This document shows positions 1 to 9,111 of a stretch of 31,580 bases of DNA, in pieces; the stretch's first letter is position 1; the number at the start of each line of letters is the position of its first letter. This stretch comes from an uncultured bacterium (GTDB taxonomy: Bacteria; Zhuqueibacterota; Zhuqueibacteria; Thermofontimicrobiales; Thermofontimicrobiaceae): NCBI GenBank assembly GCA_965603055.1, contig CBFDBN010000001.1:1-31580 (forward strand). The letters are read 5' to 3'. The position numbers and the translations under genes were made by a program. The notes below the pieces were generated by a model that did no database searches, had not been told where the DNA came from, and saw nothing but the letters and a program-made list of their open reading frames with translations.

Positions 1-1603
1 TGATCAACAGCGAAAGCCGCTCACTCTGTTCCACAATCACATCATAATATTTTTGGCGTCGATCAACGGATGGCACTCGTCCCCGCTGAAGCATTTCAGC
101 CAGTTGCCGAATGGAAGTCAGCGGGCTTTTCAGCTCGTGGGAAATACCAGAAATAAAATCAGATTTCATTTTTGCCAGCTTCAATTCATGCGAGACGCTC
201 CGAATAGTTAGAATTGAGCCAAATATGAGAATGCCGGCGATGAGCAAAAAGATATACAAATAGATGCTTCGCCGCGACGTCATAATAGTTTCGATGAGGT
301 GTGGATTTTGATGGTAGAACTCCAATGTCCAATCGGGAAAATTGTCTGCGAATGTGGTTTTTAGCTGCAGTTTACTATCTTCAGGGAGTGACTCAGTTGT
401 ATTAAAAACAGACCGATTGTCTTTGTCAATCACTCTCCAGGCGATATTGTTTTTCACTAAATTTTCTTTTAATAAAGTTGAAGCCAGTGAATCTTTAATC
501 GCATCAATCTGCCACAAAATACCGATATAAATTTGATCGTTATCAAATTTATTTTTCGACCGGGTCAGCAGCGAAATAAAATATTCCTGGTCGCTGATCG
601 ATAAAGAAAATCGATGATTCAGATTCGATTGCGACCTGATCCGTTCTGAGATAGTTCCGCTTGCTTCAGTCTGAAATTTCAATAACCGATCGGTGAGCAT
701 AACCTGGATGTTTTCCCCTGCCTCAATCCTTTTGAATGTATTGAAGTAGGAAGAATATGGAGCCGTTAGATTGACACATGAAAAAATTTTACTTAAAGAG
801 TCCTTTAAAGCGCTGCTCCAGAAATGGTATTGTGATTTTTCTAATATCCAGTAACCAAGAAACAATTCATTAAAGGCATTTAGATAGGTTTGAATGGCAC
901 TAACCGTATCTTTTATGATCGAAAAAATAAAGCCTGATTCCATTTGCGCTGCTAATCCCAATGGAATACCGCTATAACTGTTTAAATTACCAAATTCTTG
1001 ATGTAATTTTTGATAAGATTTGAGGGCATCACGAGGGTGATGGGCTTTTTTTTGAGCTCGTGCTATAGCGTTTAACACTTCTGCCTTTGATTGCTGATCC
1101 TGTGCCTGGTTGTATGCTTGCTGATAGTTTTCGATAGCCTGTTCAAAAGATTTTTGCTGGAATTCATTTTGAAGCCCTGCCCTAAAAGCCGGGGATGACA
1201 ATGATTGGTGCTGTGCAGCAGAAAATTCGACATCATTTTTTAAAGTGAACAACAGGTGTGCCGTGAGCAGCTTAATATTTCCAGCGGATCGGTCGAATGA
1301 AAAGAGTCCTTCGACCCGGGGATATTTATTTTTTAAGGTGTCGGGCGAATCAATTATTTTTGGTTCGGCTGTTGATTGAAGCCAGTTGTCTATCGATTGC
1401 TCTATCTCAGTGAACTGATGATCCGTTGTTGCAATGATATGCTGGGCGATTTTCTGATTTTTATTGAACGACTGTTGCTCAAACAATGCCCGATCGTTCT
1501 GAATGCCGCGAAACGCAAAATAGCTTAATAGCAGACAGGGTAATGCGATACCAGATAAAAAGTAGAGCAAAATTTTGCTCTTTTGTTGTAATTCAATTTT
1601 CAT
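1..1603 (-). CDS. Membrane sensor histidine kinase, 3'-partial (runs off the left edge)
   Basis: Absent from the ORF track; translated by hand. Open frame from ATG at 1603 (MKIELQQKSKILLYFLSGIALPCLLLSYFAFRGI..., TM1), a large extracytoplasmic region, TM2 (SIYLYIFLLIAGILIFGSILTI), then HisKA H-box KSDFISGISHELKSPLTSIRQLAEML. No stop before position 1. Confidence 0.93.
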   Translation of the reverse strand, partial: MKIELQQKSKILLYFLSGIALPCLLLSYFAFRGIQNDRALFEQQSFNKNQKIAQHIIATTDHQFTEIEQSIDNWLQSTAEPKIIDSPDTLKNKYPRVEGLFSFDRSAGNIKLLTAHLLFTLKNDVEFSAAQHQSLSSPAFRAGLQNEFQQKSFEQAIENYQQAYNQAQDQQSKAEVLNAIARAQKKAHHPRDALKSYQKLHQEFGNLNSYSGIPLGLAAQMESGFIFSIIKDTVSAIQTYLNAFNELFLGYWILEKSQYHFWSSALKDSLSKIFSCVNLTAPYSSYFNTFKRIEAGENIQVMLTDRLLKFQTEASGTISERIRSQSNLNHRFSLSISDQEYFISLLTRSKNKFDNDQIYIGILWQIDAIKDSLASTLLKENLVKNNIAWRVIDKDNRSVFNTTESLPEDSKLQLKTTFADNFPDWTLEFYHQNPHLIETIMTSRRSIYLYIFLLIAGILIFGSILTIRSVSHELKLAKMKSDFISGISHELKSPLTSIRQLAEMLQRGRVPSVDRRQKYYDVIVEQSERLSLLI

Positions 1604-1680
1604 GGCATTTTATTATACCCAAAATAAGAGAAAATGCTCCGAACCTTCTAAAAAAAATGATCGTTTTCTTAATTTTCTAT

Positions 1681-1709
1681 TTGACATTTTGAATTTATTT
1701 TAATATATT
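1681..1709 (+). promoter_or_regulatory. Sigma70-type promoter for the MFS gene
   Basis: TTGACA (1681-1686), 17-nt spacer, TATATT (1704-1709). Confidence 0.65.
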
Positions 1710-1943
1710 CAATTCAATTTAAGAGAGGTTTTTTTTTTTGCTCTCTCGAACAATCATTTTCAGCAATTCTATCAAACGATTATACGATTGTGTCAAAATT
1801 ACTTCAGAAAATTTTCTGGTATCTACTCTATCAAACCGAATACAAAACCTCGGTGACCTGGAGGAAAAACTTACCCATTCTATCCTATAAAATTTACCGG
1901 TTATGAACTGGAAAGAATCATTAACCCTGGAAGGAGACTGTTT

Positions 1944-3515
1944 ATGGAGCATGCTAAAAAGCGACTTAACGAATCTGCACCGCTACGATGGGGCGTACTG
2001 GTCCTAATAAGTGGATTGATGTTTGCCACTTATTGGTTTCAGGACTGTCTTGGACCCCTGAAAAGCTTGATGGAAAGCCAGCTTGGTTTCGACAGCAGCG
2101 AGTTTGGTTTGCTGATTGCTTCGACTACCTGGGCAAATCTTGCCCTGATGATAATTGTCGGGGGTATAGCTCTGGATAAATGGGGCGTCCGCAAGACTGG
2201 TGTAATCTTTGGCGCTCTGGCAACGGTCGGGGCTTTCATTGTTGCTTTTGCCAGCAAAGGTATTTTCGGGCAGGACGAAAAAACAATGCTGACCTGGATG
2301 ATAGTCGGCAGAATCCTATTCGGGACAGGTCTTGAGACTGTATGTGTGATGGTTTCCAGGACTATAGTCAAATGGTTCAAAGATAAAGAATTGGCGCTGG
2401 CTATGGGTATTAATGTTGGCTTTGGTCGACTGGGAACCGCGGGTGCCATCTTATTAGGAGTCGGCATAGCAAATGGTAATGTACACACCGGTCTTTCTTT
2501 TGCAGCATCATTGATCGGTCTTGGCTTGATTATGTTTCTGATCTATCTGATACTCGATGTGAAATTTGACAAACGGGAAAAGGCGCTTTCTGGATCCACC
2601 GGAACTTCCGATGAAGATGGGTTTAAATTCAAAGACCTTACCGGCTTGCTTACCAACCATTCATTCATTTATATCGCGGCGCTCTGTGTTGCTTTCTACG
2701 CAGCAGTGTTCCCGTTCCTCCAGTATGCTCCTGATCTGCTTGTAAACAAATTCGGATTCACTCTAAAGTTACCGGATTTAAGTGGAATGTCTTTCTGGGA
2801 AAAATTATGGGAATATTTCCATAACGCCCCCACAGTGACCAGCTTCATTCCTTTTGGAACGATACTGTTTACCCCGATTTTCGGGAGATTGGTTGATAAA
2901 AAAGGGAAATCTGCCAGCCTGATGATTTTAGGCTCTTTGCTGTTGATTTTTGCCCACCTTTCACTATCCGTGTTCAACAACGTTGCTCTTGGTTACATGG
3001 GGTTGTTTGCCATTGGTATTGCTTTTTCATTGGTACCTGCCGCGATGTGGCCGGCTGTCGCCAGGATTGTTGCCGAAAATCGCTTGGGAACCGCGTATGC
3101 GACGATGTTCACCATACAGAATTATGGTCTGGCAGCGTTCTTTTGGGGAATAGGGAAAATGGTTAACGTGATGAACCCCAGGATCGTGGAACAAATACAG
3201 AATACCAGGGATATATTGAAAGATGCCGGTGTAAGCATGGAGAAGATTCCACAGATAATCGATAAATTGAAGGTATCAGTTGATATTCAGTGGATCAATG
3301 CGCAATTGGTAGATGCTGGTGTGAGTATGGAGAACATTCCACAAATAATCGAGAAATTGAATAACGCTGGTGTAATTCCACCTTATGACTATACTGTGCC
3401 AATCCTGATGCTTGTATTCCTGGGAGTAATTTCTATCTTTCTTGCATACCAGTTGAAGCGCGCCGACAAAAGGCAGGGCTATGGTCTGGAACTGCCATCC
3501 GGGCAGGAGAACTAG
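1944..3515 (+). CDS. MFS transporter, 523 aa (resembles the MFSD1-like group common in Bacteroidota)
   Basis: About 12 hydrophobic segments. MFS loop motifs GIALDKWGVRK and GRLVDKKGK. GGAG RBS upstream. Confidence 0.9.
   Translation: MEHAKKRLNESAPLRWGVLVLISGLMFATYWFQDCLGPLKSLMESQLGFDSSEFGLLIASTTWANLALMIIVGGIALDKWGVRKTGVIFGALATVGAFIVAFASKGIFGQDEKTMLTWMIVGRILFGTGLETVCVMVSRTIVKWFKDKELALAMGINVGFGRLGTAGAILLGVGIANGNVHTGLSFAASLIGLGLIMFLIYLILDVKFDKREKALSGSTGTSDEDGFKFKDLTGLLTNHSFIYIAALCVAFYAAVFPFLQYAPDLLVNKFGFTLKLPDLSGMSFWEKLWEYFHNAPTVTSFIPFGTILFTPIFGRLVDKKGKSASLMILGSLLLIFAHLSLSVFNNVALGYMGLFAIGIAFSLVPAAMWPAVARIVAENRLGTAYATMFTIQNYGLAAFFWGIGKMVNVMNPRIVEQIQNTRDILKDAGVSMEKIPQIIDKLKVSVDIQWINAQLVDAGVSMENIPQIIEKLNNAGVIPPYDYTVPILMLVFLGVISIFLAYQLKRADKRQGYGLELPSGQEN
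3222..3360 (+). repeat. Intragenic direct repeat with a 90-nt (30-aa) period in the last loop of the MFS gene
   Basis: gatgccggtgtaagcatggagaagattccacagataatcgataaattga (3222-3270) vs gatgctggtgtgagtatggagaacattccacaaataatcgagaaattga (3312-3360); protein DAGVSMEKIPQIIDKL / DAGVSMENIPQIIEKL. Confidence 0.9.
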
Positions 3516-3649
3516 TTAACTCGTTGGGTGGAACTTCTACTATTTTCGTGGAAGTTCCACTCTCGAGAAAATAGGAAGACCATCGCTCTTTCAAACACAT
3601 TTTTAAATAAAATTCTTATCCTCTATCGTTGTTGTCTTATCAAGAATAA

Positions 3650-4339
3650 TCACGTTATTTGTCCAGCTAATTTAAACGTTTTCTTCATCTCCTGTTCCAT
3701 TCCAACCCGACATAAGCTAACAAAAGCTCCTTTCAGTCCTTCAGGGCAATCAGGCTTCCCCCGTTTCAATTCATCCACCATCTCGAAAAAACTCCATTTC
3801 TCCTCCAATGAAAGGTTCGAGGTGATGTCATCAAAAGAATCATAGACTCCCTTTCGTACTTCCGATGCCAGTTGTGGATCTGTTATTTTAAAATAGTTCT
3901 CTGCATTCGATACTCGATCAAGAAAAATTTGGTCGGGAATCACGATTTCTTTGATCGGGCGCAGTGATTGCTCAATTTTTTTACCGATATTTAGCGGATC
4001 ATGATTTTCATCATAACCATTCTTATCAAATTGTATGGCACAAAAGCATTTCTGTTTTTCTCGTGAGGATTGCACCCTGATTATTTTGCCAGAACAGTGG
4101 AATGGCAGCTTACCAGGAAAGACGATTTCGACATCCGTTATTTTTCGATGATTATCATCGAAAAATAACTGGTGGCTAAAAGTATACCCCAGCAGACCCC
4201 CCTGGCTGATATTTACGACATCAACGGAAAATTTATCTCCCCCATTCAACATAAACTGAACCCGGGGCTGATTTTTCCGATCGGGACAGTACCGATGATG
4301 TTTTCTTCTTTCTATAATTTTTTCAGCCTGCTCTGCCAT
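3650..4339 (-). CDS. PilZ-domain protein (putative c-di-GMP receptor) with a C-terminal helical extension, 229 aa
   Basis: RxxxR motif (ERRKHHR) and (D/N)xSxxG motif (NISQGG). Confidence 0.85.
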   Translation of the reverse strand: MAEQAEKIIERRKHHRYCPDRKNQPRVQFMLNGGDKFSVDVVNISQGGLLGYTFSHQLFFDDNHRKITDVEIVFPGKLPFHCSGKIIRVQSSREKQKCFCAIQFDKNGYDENHDPLNIGKKIEQSLRPIKEIVIPDQIFLDRVSNAENYFKITDPQLASEVRKGVYDSFDDITSNLSLEEKWSFFEMVDELKRGKPDCPEGLKGAFVSLCRVGMEQEMKKTFKLAGQIT

Positions 4340-4401
4340 TTGATTTTTTTGCTCAAATTGGTCTTTAGTTTTGTGTTAAATTTATGGATTGCAATTAATC
4401 G

Positions 4402-4495
4402 TCGGGCGTAGCGTGTGGGGCGCAAAGCGTAACGGTACTTATTTTGCGCCCTACTCGCTACGCGCCACGCCCAACGCTCTACGCCCCACGCCCTA
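4402..4495. repeat. Heptamer-period (TRGGGCG-like) array arranged as inverted arms
   Basis: Left arm tcgggcg tagcgtg tggggcg caaagcg taacggt (4402-4436). Right arm cgcccta ctcgcta cgcgcca cgcccaa cgctcta cgcccca cgcccta (4447-4495). Confidence 0.85.
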
Positions 4496-5560
4496 CATCT
4501 CAGACTCACCAATCTTCACATCCCTCGTTGCCCTAACTTTTTTCAAGTTATCCATCAATTCCCGGAATGAAGAAGGATGGACGAGTAAATAGCGCTGGGT
4601 ATAACAGGTTGTCCAGCAGCCGTGACAGCTTCGATATTCTTGAATTCTTTGATGATACCTTTCATTCGAAAAAATATGATCCAGACCGGTTTCAAAAATA
4701 TTGCCGATTGGCGAGCCATAACAGAGGTGGACATCGCCATTCTCCATAATGGTTACTCTTGTCGATAAAACCGGGGAGTCCACAAAAGCACAAATATTTT
4801 TCTGATTACCGGCAATAAATGTTTCAATCCCTTCGATGAATGAATTCAAATTCATGATGTCAGGATTATTTTCCAAAAATTCAAGGAGTTTTGCCAATCG
4901 ATTTCCCGGGTGCAGGCGTAAATCATCATCGGATCGAGTCGTTGCTGTTAAGGTATGATACAGACCAATCGTAACTTTCCAGTCGAGATCTCGGGCACGC
5001 TGGATTAATTCGGGCACCTGATCTAAATTTAAATTATTCAGCACAATATTGGCATATAACAGCGATTTTGAGCCGTTTCGATTTTCAGACAGCCATTTCA
5101 TGTGACCCAATACAGTGTCAGAAAAATTTTTAACGCCTCGAAGCGAATCTCCAACAGTCCCAAAGCCATCCAGTGAAGTTTGAATGTTGATGTTATTTTC
5201 CAGCGCTATCGCTCCCATTCGTTGGATTATTTCAGTCTTGTTGTAAAGCCCGGTTACCAGCGTTGTGGCAATCGAGAATGTTTGTTTGGCTTCGATCAAA
5301 ATTTTATCAAGATCCGGCACCAGCGTGGCTTCACCGCCGGAGATAAAACCGATATAAGCGCCATAGTCTCGAAGCTGTTCCGCCACGATTTTAAATTGCT
5401 CAAAGCTCATGCTTGGCGGTTCCGTCTTTCGATCGTACACACTGCATTGGCGACACCGCTGGCTGCACAGCCGTGTCAATCGAATTTCAGTGCTCGAATT
5501 CAGCGGGCGTCGTTTGATAGCATGAGCAATTCCTTTAATTGTCGGTTTTATCCACTTCAT
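4493..5560 (-). CDS. Radical SAM protein with SPASM/Twitch-type C-terminal domain, 355 aa
   Basis: CxxxCxxC (CSQRCRQC), SGGE motif, SLDG...DSLRG segment, C-terminal Cys set (ICAF...HLCY...GNI...CHGCWTTCY). Confidence 0.92.
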   Translation of the reverse strand: MKWIKPTIKGIAHAIKRRPLNSSTEIRLTRLCSQRCRQCSVYDRKTEPPSMSFEQFKIVAEQLRDYGAYIGFISGGEATLVPDLDKILIEAKQTFSIATTLVTGLYNKTEIIQRMGAIALENNINIQTSLDGFGTVGDSLRGVKNFSDTVLGHMKWLSENRNGSKSLLYANIVLNNLNLDQVPELIQRARDLDWKVTIGLYHTLTATTRSDDDLRLHPGNRLAKLLEFLENNPDIMNLNSFIEGIETFIAGNQKNICAFVDSPVLSTRVTIMENGDVHLCYGSPIGNIFETGLDHIFSNERYHQRIQEYRSCHGCWTTCYTQRYLLVHPSSFRELMDNLKKVRATRDVKIGESEM

Positions 5561-5645
5561 TTTAATATGATTTATTAAATCCTGGTTTTATTGGAAAAAA
5601 TTACTAACTTTTAATTTGTACATTCTTCGTTAACAATTTTAGATC

Positions 5646-5695
5646 ACTTTAAGTACTTTAAACTTTAGAACACTTTAAATACTTTCAACTTAAGT
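5646..5695. repeat. Short degenerate tandem array of ACTTT(A)-core units (7-10 nt)
   Basis: actttaagt actttaa actttagaac actttaaat actttca acttaagtc, abutting the GT2 stop codon. Confidence 0.7.
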
Positions 5696-6864
5696 CACTG
5701 CGATTCAGCTCTCCGGAACGTTGTTACCTCTTGAAAATACTTCCGATCTTTCCAGATGAAATGTCCCAGGCTGCCCAATAATCCAGTGAAAAATACATAA
5801 GGTATCTGAGCCACTGTCCAGATTGGAAAATATTTTAATAAATCAGTTCGTTGATAAACAGTTGCCGCTTTTAACGTTATTAAAAATTCTATAAAAAACT
5901 TAACAAACAAGCTCAAAAATGGTATTGTTATAGAATGGTGTATTAAAGCATAAATTGGTGTGCCCAGTATCACAATTGCATTCATCAAAAAGACACTCAT
6001 AATAAAGAAAAAAAATCCTAAATTTAATTTAAGTTGATAAGAACCATTTGATGCCCATCGTTTGCGCTGGTTCAGAAATGATTTCAGAGTTTTTTCCGGC
6101 TCTGCCCAATTGAATGCCCCCGGCGAAGCTGCGAACTTAATTTTCCAATTAGTGAATTTCCGAATCAATTGAAGCAACAGCACATCATCCCCTGAAATTC
6201 GGTGTTTAATTTTCTCATATCCGCCAACCGCATCAAAAGCGGAACGACGGTAGCCAATATTTTGTCCCGAAGCTGCTAAAGCACAATCCAGGTTTAATGA
6301 TCCCTGCGCCGCTCCCATAAGTGATAAAAAGTCCATGGCTTGGAGTTTCTCAAACAGCGAGTAACGGTTCTGTTTATTGCCCAATTGTGAAAAACCCACC
6401 ACCATTCCCACATCATCTGTAAAGCAGGAAACCATGGTCTCGATCCAGGTGGATTTCACATGACAATCGGCATCGGTGGATAAAATGATCTCGCCCCGGC
6501 TTTGTTGAATTCCCTGGTTCAGGGCATTTTTCTTAGCAATTAAACCGATCTCTTTGTCCGATTCTACCCAAATCTGCTTAATGTTTTTGAATTTTTTTAC
6601 ATAGCCGTCAACTATCTCACCGGTTCGATCTTCTGAGCTATCATTTGCAATGATGATTTCATAAAAAGATGGCGGATAGCTTTGATCAGCCAGTTCAGCC
6701 AATAAGGTCCCGATGTTTTTTTCCTCATTCCGAGCCGCGACCACGACCGAAACATAATATTTTTTGGTTGCTCGATGTTTATTTGGAAAAAAAAGCCCGA
6801 TTAAAAAAAACAGTAAAATGATAAAGTAAATCCCGGTAATCAATCCAAACAAAAGATTAAACAA
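5695..6864 (-). CDS. Membrane-bound family 2 glycosyltransferase (paralog A), 389 aa
   Basis: VSVVVAARNEE, NDSSED, TDADC (DxD), SGDD, QRKRW. N- and C-terminal TM helices. TTG start with GGAG RBS. Confidence 0.92.
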   Translation of the reverse strand: MFNLLFGLITGIYFIILLFFLIGLFFPNKHRATKKYYVSVVVAARNEEKNIGTLLAELADQSYPPSFYEIIIANDSSEDRTGEIVDGYVKKFKNIKQIWVESDKEIGLIAKKNALNQGIQQSRGEIILSTDADCHVKSTWIETMVSCFTDDVGMVVGFSQLGNKQNRYSLFEKLQAMDFLSLMGAAQGSLNLDCALAASGQNIGYRRSAFDAVGGYEKIKHRISGDDVLLLQLIRKFTNWKIKFAASPGAFNWAEPEKTLKSFLNQRKRWASNGSYQLKLNLGFFFFIMSVFLMNAIVILGTPIYALIHHSITIPFLSLFVKFFIEFLITLKAATVYQRTDLLKYFPIWTVAQIPYVFFTGLLGSLGHFIWKDRKYFQEVTTFRRAESQ

Positions 6865-6980
6865 TCGTAGCTCCTGACACTATGATAGAAAATAAATCCC
6901 GATCATTACTATACTCGTCAAGGTTTAAAATAATAACTATGCTATAAATTAAAAATATTTGAACACCTGTCAGAATATCG

Positions 6981-7046
6981 TAGCGCGTTGGGCGTGGAGA
7001 GTAGGGTGCAGTCGTGTTCACATAATTTCTTATGCCGTACGCGCTA
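6981..7046. repeat. Heptamer-period repeat copy (same family as 4402-4495)
   Basis: tagcgcg ttgggcg tggagag tagggtg (6981-7008), with complementary cgcgcta at 7040-7046. Confidence 0.7.
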
Positions 7047-7190
7047 CCATTACATCCACATAAGCCATTCGAATTGCATTAAAATATATTCTTTCTGGTG
7101 TTACAAAATAATCCTTAACAAATATGTAATGTCGGGTTTGAATAAACTGTTTAAGGATTAGAATGAAAAATAATTAATTAATAAAAAACT

Positions 7191-7226
7191 CTCCGTTTCC
7201 TCAGCGATTTCAGCGATCTCTGCGGC
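7191..7226. repeat. 9-nt-period REP-like repeat (CTCTGCG family), single arm
   Basis: ctccgtttc ctcagcgat ttcagcgat ctctgcggc. Confidence 0.75.
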
Positions 7227-7395
7227 TGAATTACATTTTTTAGGAAAATTTCACTTATATTGACGCCTATTACAAATGAGCAGATGATCACACTGATGAA
7301 AGTTCAAAAATTATCAGGGTGTTTCTTCATTCTGGGTGGGAACAAGTTATCAAATAATCCTAAATTGGTATTTGTAAAACCTTAATCAAAAAGGT

Positions 7396-8535
7396 TTAAT
7401 AAGCTGACGCTTCAAACGTATCATCTTTCCACTGAAATTTTCCCACCTGCCCCCATAGTCCAAAAATTACCACATAAGGCACATGTAAAAACATCGCCAG
7501 TGGAAAAACAGTTAAAGCCCTTTTATAATGAAAAATGTCCGCAAATTTACAGAGCAGCATAAATTCACTAAAACTTTTTACTACCCAGCATGTTAGCCAA
7601 AGCCAGAACACATTGGACAGAAAAATTGAAACCGGTAATAATGTCAACAAAATCAAATTGAACAAATAAACTGCAACAAGAGATAATTTTAACCCGCTTG
7701 AATAATACTTTCCTTTTGAAGCATGTCGAATTCGCTGGTTTGCCAGTTGCTTGAAATGATCTGGAGCTTTCGAGCGAACAAGCGTTTCACGATCAATGGC
7801 ATATCGAAATTTCCAACTGGTTTTCTGCCTCACCAGGTGTAAAAACAGATCATCATCCCCGGAGATGAAATTTTGAATTTGCTTAAATCCATCAACCGAA
7901 TAAAAAGTTTCCTTTCGATATGCCAGGTTGCGTCCATTGCAGGTCATTGGTTTGCCCATCCCAAAGCTGCCTGCTGAAACGGCTGCCAGTGAGAGGGAAT
8001 CCAGTGTTACCAGTCTTGAAAATATTGTTTCTCTCGCATCTTTGACTAACGGAGAAAATCCGGCGACTAAACCGACTTCTGGCTCAAAATAACTTACCAT
8101 TGCTGCTATCCAGCCCGGTTTTGGAATGCAGTCGGCATCGGCTGTTAAGATGATATCCCCTTTTGCTGCCCTTATGCCCTTGTCTAAAGCGTGCTTTTTC
8201 GGTGAAATTCTATCAGGCAATTCCTTTACCATTATTAATTTTGCATTCCGATACTGCTGACAATATTGATCAACAATAGTCGCTGTTTCATCCGTTGAAC
8301 GGTCATCAACGATGATCACTTCATATCGATCGGACGGATATGATTGATGAACCAATGCCTGCAAACAGTTCCCGATATTTTCTTGCTCATTTCGAGCCGC
8401 AACAACCACTGACACATCAAATTGAATTTTATTTTTTCCTGGTTTGAGAAAGAACAATCCCCGGTGTAGTAAAAATATCAAAATAACATATCCAAAAGTT
8501 AGCAAAATTGTCAGAGAAAATAAAACTATTAGCAT
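7396..8535 (-). CDS. Membrane-bound family 2 glycosyltransferase (paralog B), 379 aa
   Basis: VSVVVAARNEQ, DDRSTD, ADADC, SGDDD, QRIRH (variant of QxxRW). TM helices at both ends. Confidence 0.92.
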   Translation of the reverse strand: MLIVLFSLTILLTFGYVILIFLLHRGLFFLKPGKNKIQFDVSVVVAARNEQENIGNCLQALVHQSYPSDRYEVIIVDDRSTDETATIVDQYCQQYRNAKLIMVKELPDRISPKKHALDKGIRAAKGDIILTADADCIPKPGWIAAMVSYFEPEVGLVAGFSPLVKDARETIFSRLVTLDSLSLAAVSAGSFGMGKPMTCNGRNLAYRKETFYSVDGFKQIQNFISGDDDLFLHLVRQKTSWKFRYAIDRETLVRSKAPDHFKQLANQRIRHASKGKYYSSGLKLSLVAVYLFNLILLTLLPVSIFLSNVFWLWLTCWVVKSFSEFMLLCKFADIFHYKRALTVFPLAMFLHVPYVVIFGLWGQVGKFQWKDDTFEASAY

Positions 8536-8730
8536 GAAAGATCAATGGCTGCGAGTCGTAGGTTCAGAGAAGATAATTTTTAGTCAGAAGTTTAAAATAT
8601 CAGTGCATTGATAACTATTAACTTCTCAACTCATAGAACATAATTTTATAAGGTAAGCTATATAATCGCCAACGGATTCTATTATTTTATCTGTTGTTTT
8701 TTAATAAGTTGGATATTTATAATTGTTAAC

Positions 8731-8775
8731 AAGTCTAATATTTTTAGCTATGACTTACTTGAAAATATTAGACTT
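8731..8775. other. Perfect 14-bp inverted repeat (hairpin, possibly a terminator) at the 3' end of the pseudogene
   Basis: aagtctaatatttt (8731-8744) / aaaatattagactt (8762-8775), 17-nt loop. Confidence 0.75.
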
Positions 8776-8949
8776 TTTCCTTTTTGATAATCTGTTTTCC
8801 TCAATAATATTTTTTGCCTTTAATCAGCTTTTTTCATCGTATCCGGAATTATCTTCCAGCCAGGTTTGTAACAATTGGATTGCAACTTTGTTTTTGAGGC
8901 GCCAAACAGATTTTTTATGATCAGATATTTCAACATCGGTATTTGACAT
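8755..8949 (-). pseudogene. Small antitoxin-like gene interrupted by an in-frame TGA (8826-8824)
   Basis: Manual translation: MSNTDVEISDHKKSVWRLKNKVAIQLLQTWLEDNSGYDEKS*LKAKNIIEENRLSKRKKSNIFK*. The frame is open back to 9033, so the start is uncertain. Family resemblance is from recall only. Confidence 0.55.
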
Positions 8950-9039
8950 TTGCCCGGTAAATTTTTCCGGTGCATTATCTGATTGATAGTCTGATTGAAT
9001 AATCCATCCAATATTATTAATGAGATTACTACTCTAAAA

Positions 9040-9111
9040 ACCGATTCCATCGCTAAAATATATCTGGCTCGTTCCATAAAAACAAGAAGTTATATAAGCG
9101 ATGGAATCGGT
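9040..9111. repeat. Perfect 15-bp inverted repeat with 42-nt spacer
   Basis: accgattccatcgct (9040-9054) / agcgatggaatcggt (9097-9111). Confidence 0.85.

Noticed and set aside
8824-8826. Genome-wide TGA=Trp recoding, or selenocysteine at this codon
   Set aside because: TGA is the evident stop of several intact genes here (3650, 5695, 9812, 11058, 13056, 25099), and Trp is TGG elsewhere. The position appears to correspond to Trp, not Cys.
8820-9077. 85-aa ORF from the track (MERARYILAMES...)
   Set aside because: It starts inside the 15-bp inverted repeat and has no recognisable motif. The overlapping frame (8949-8755) is far more protein-like.
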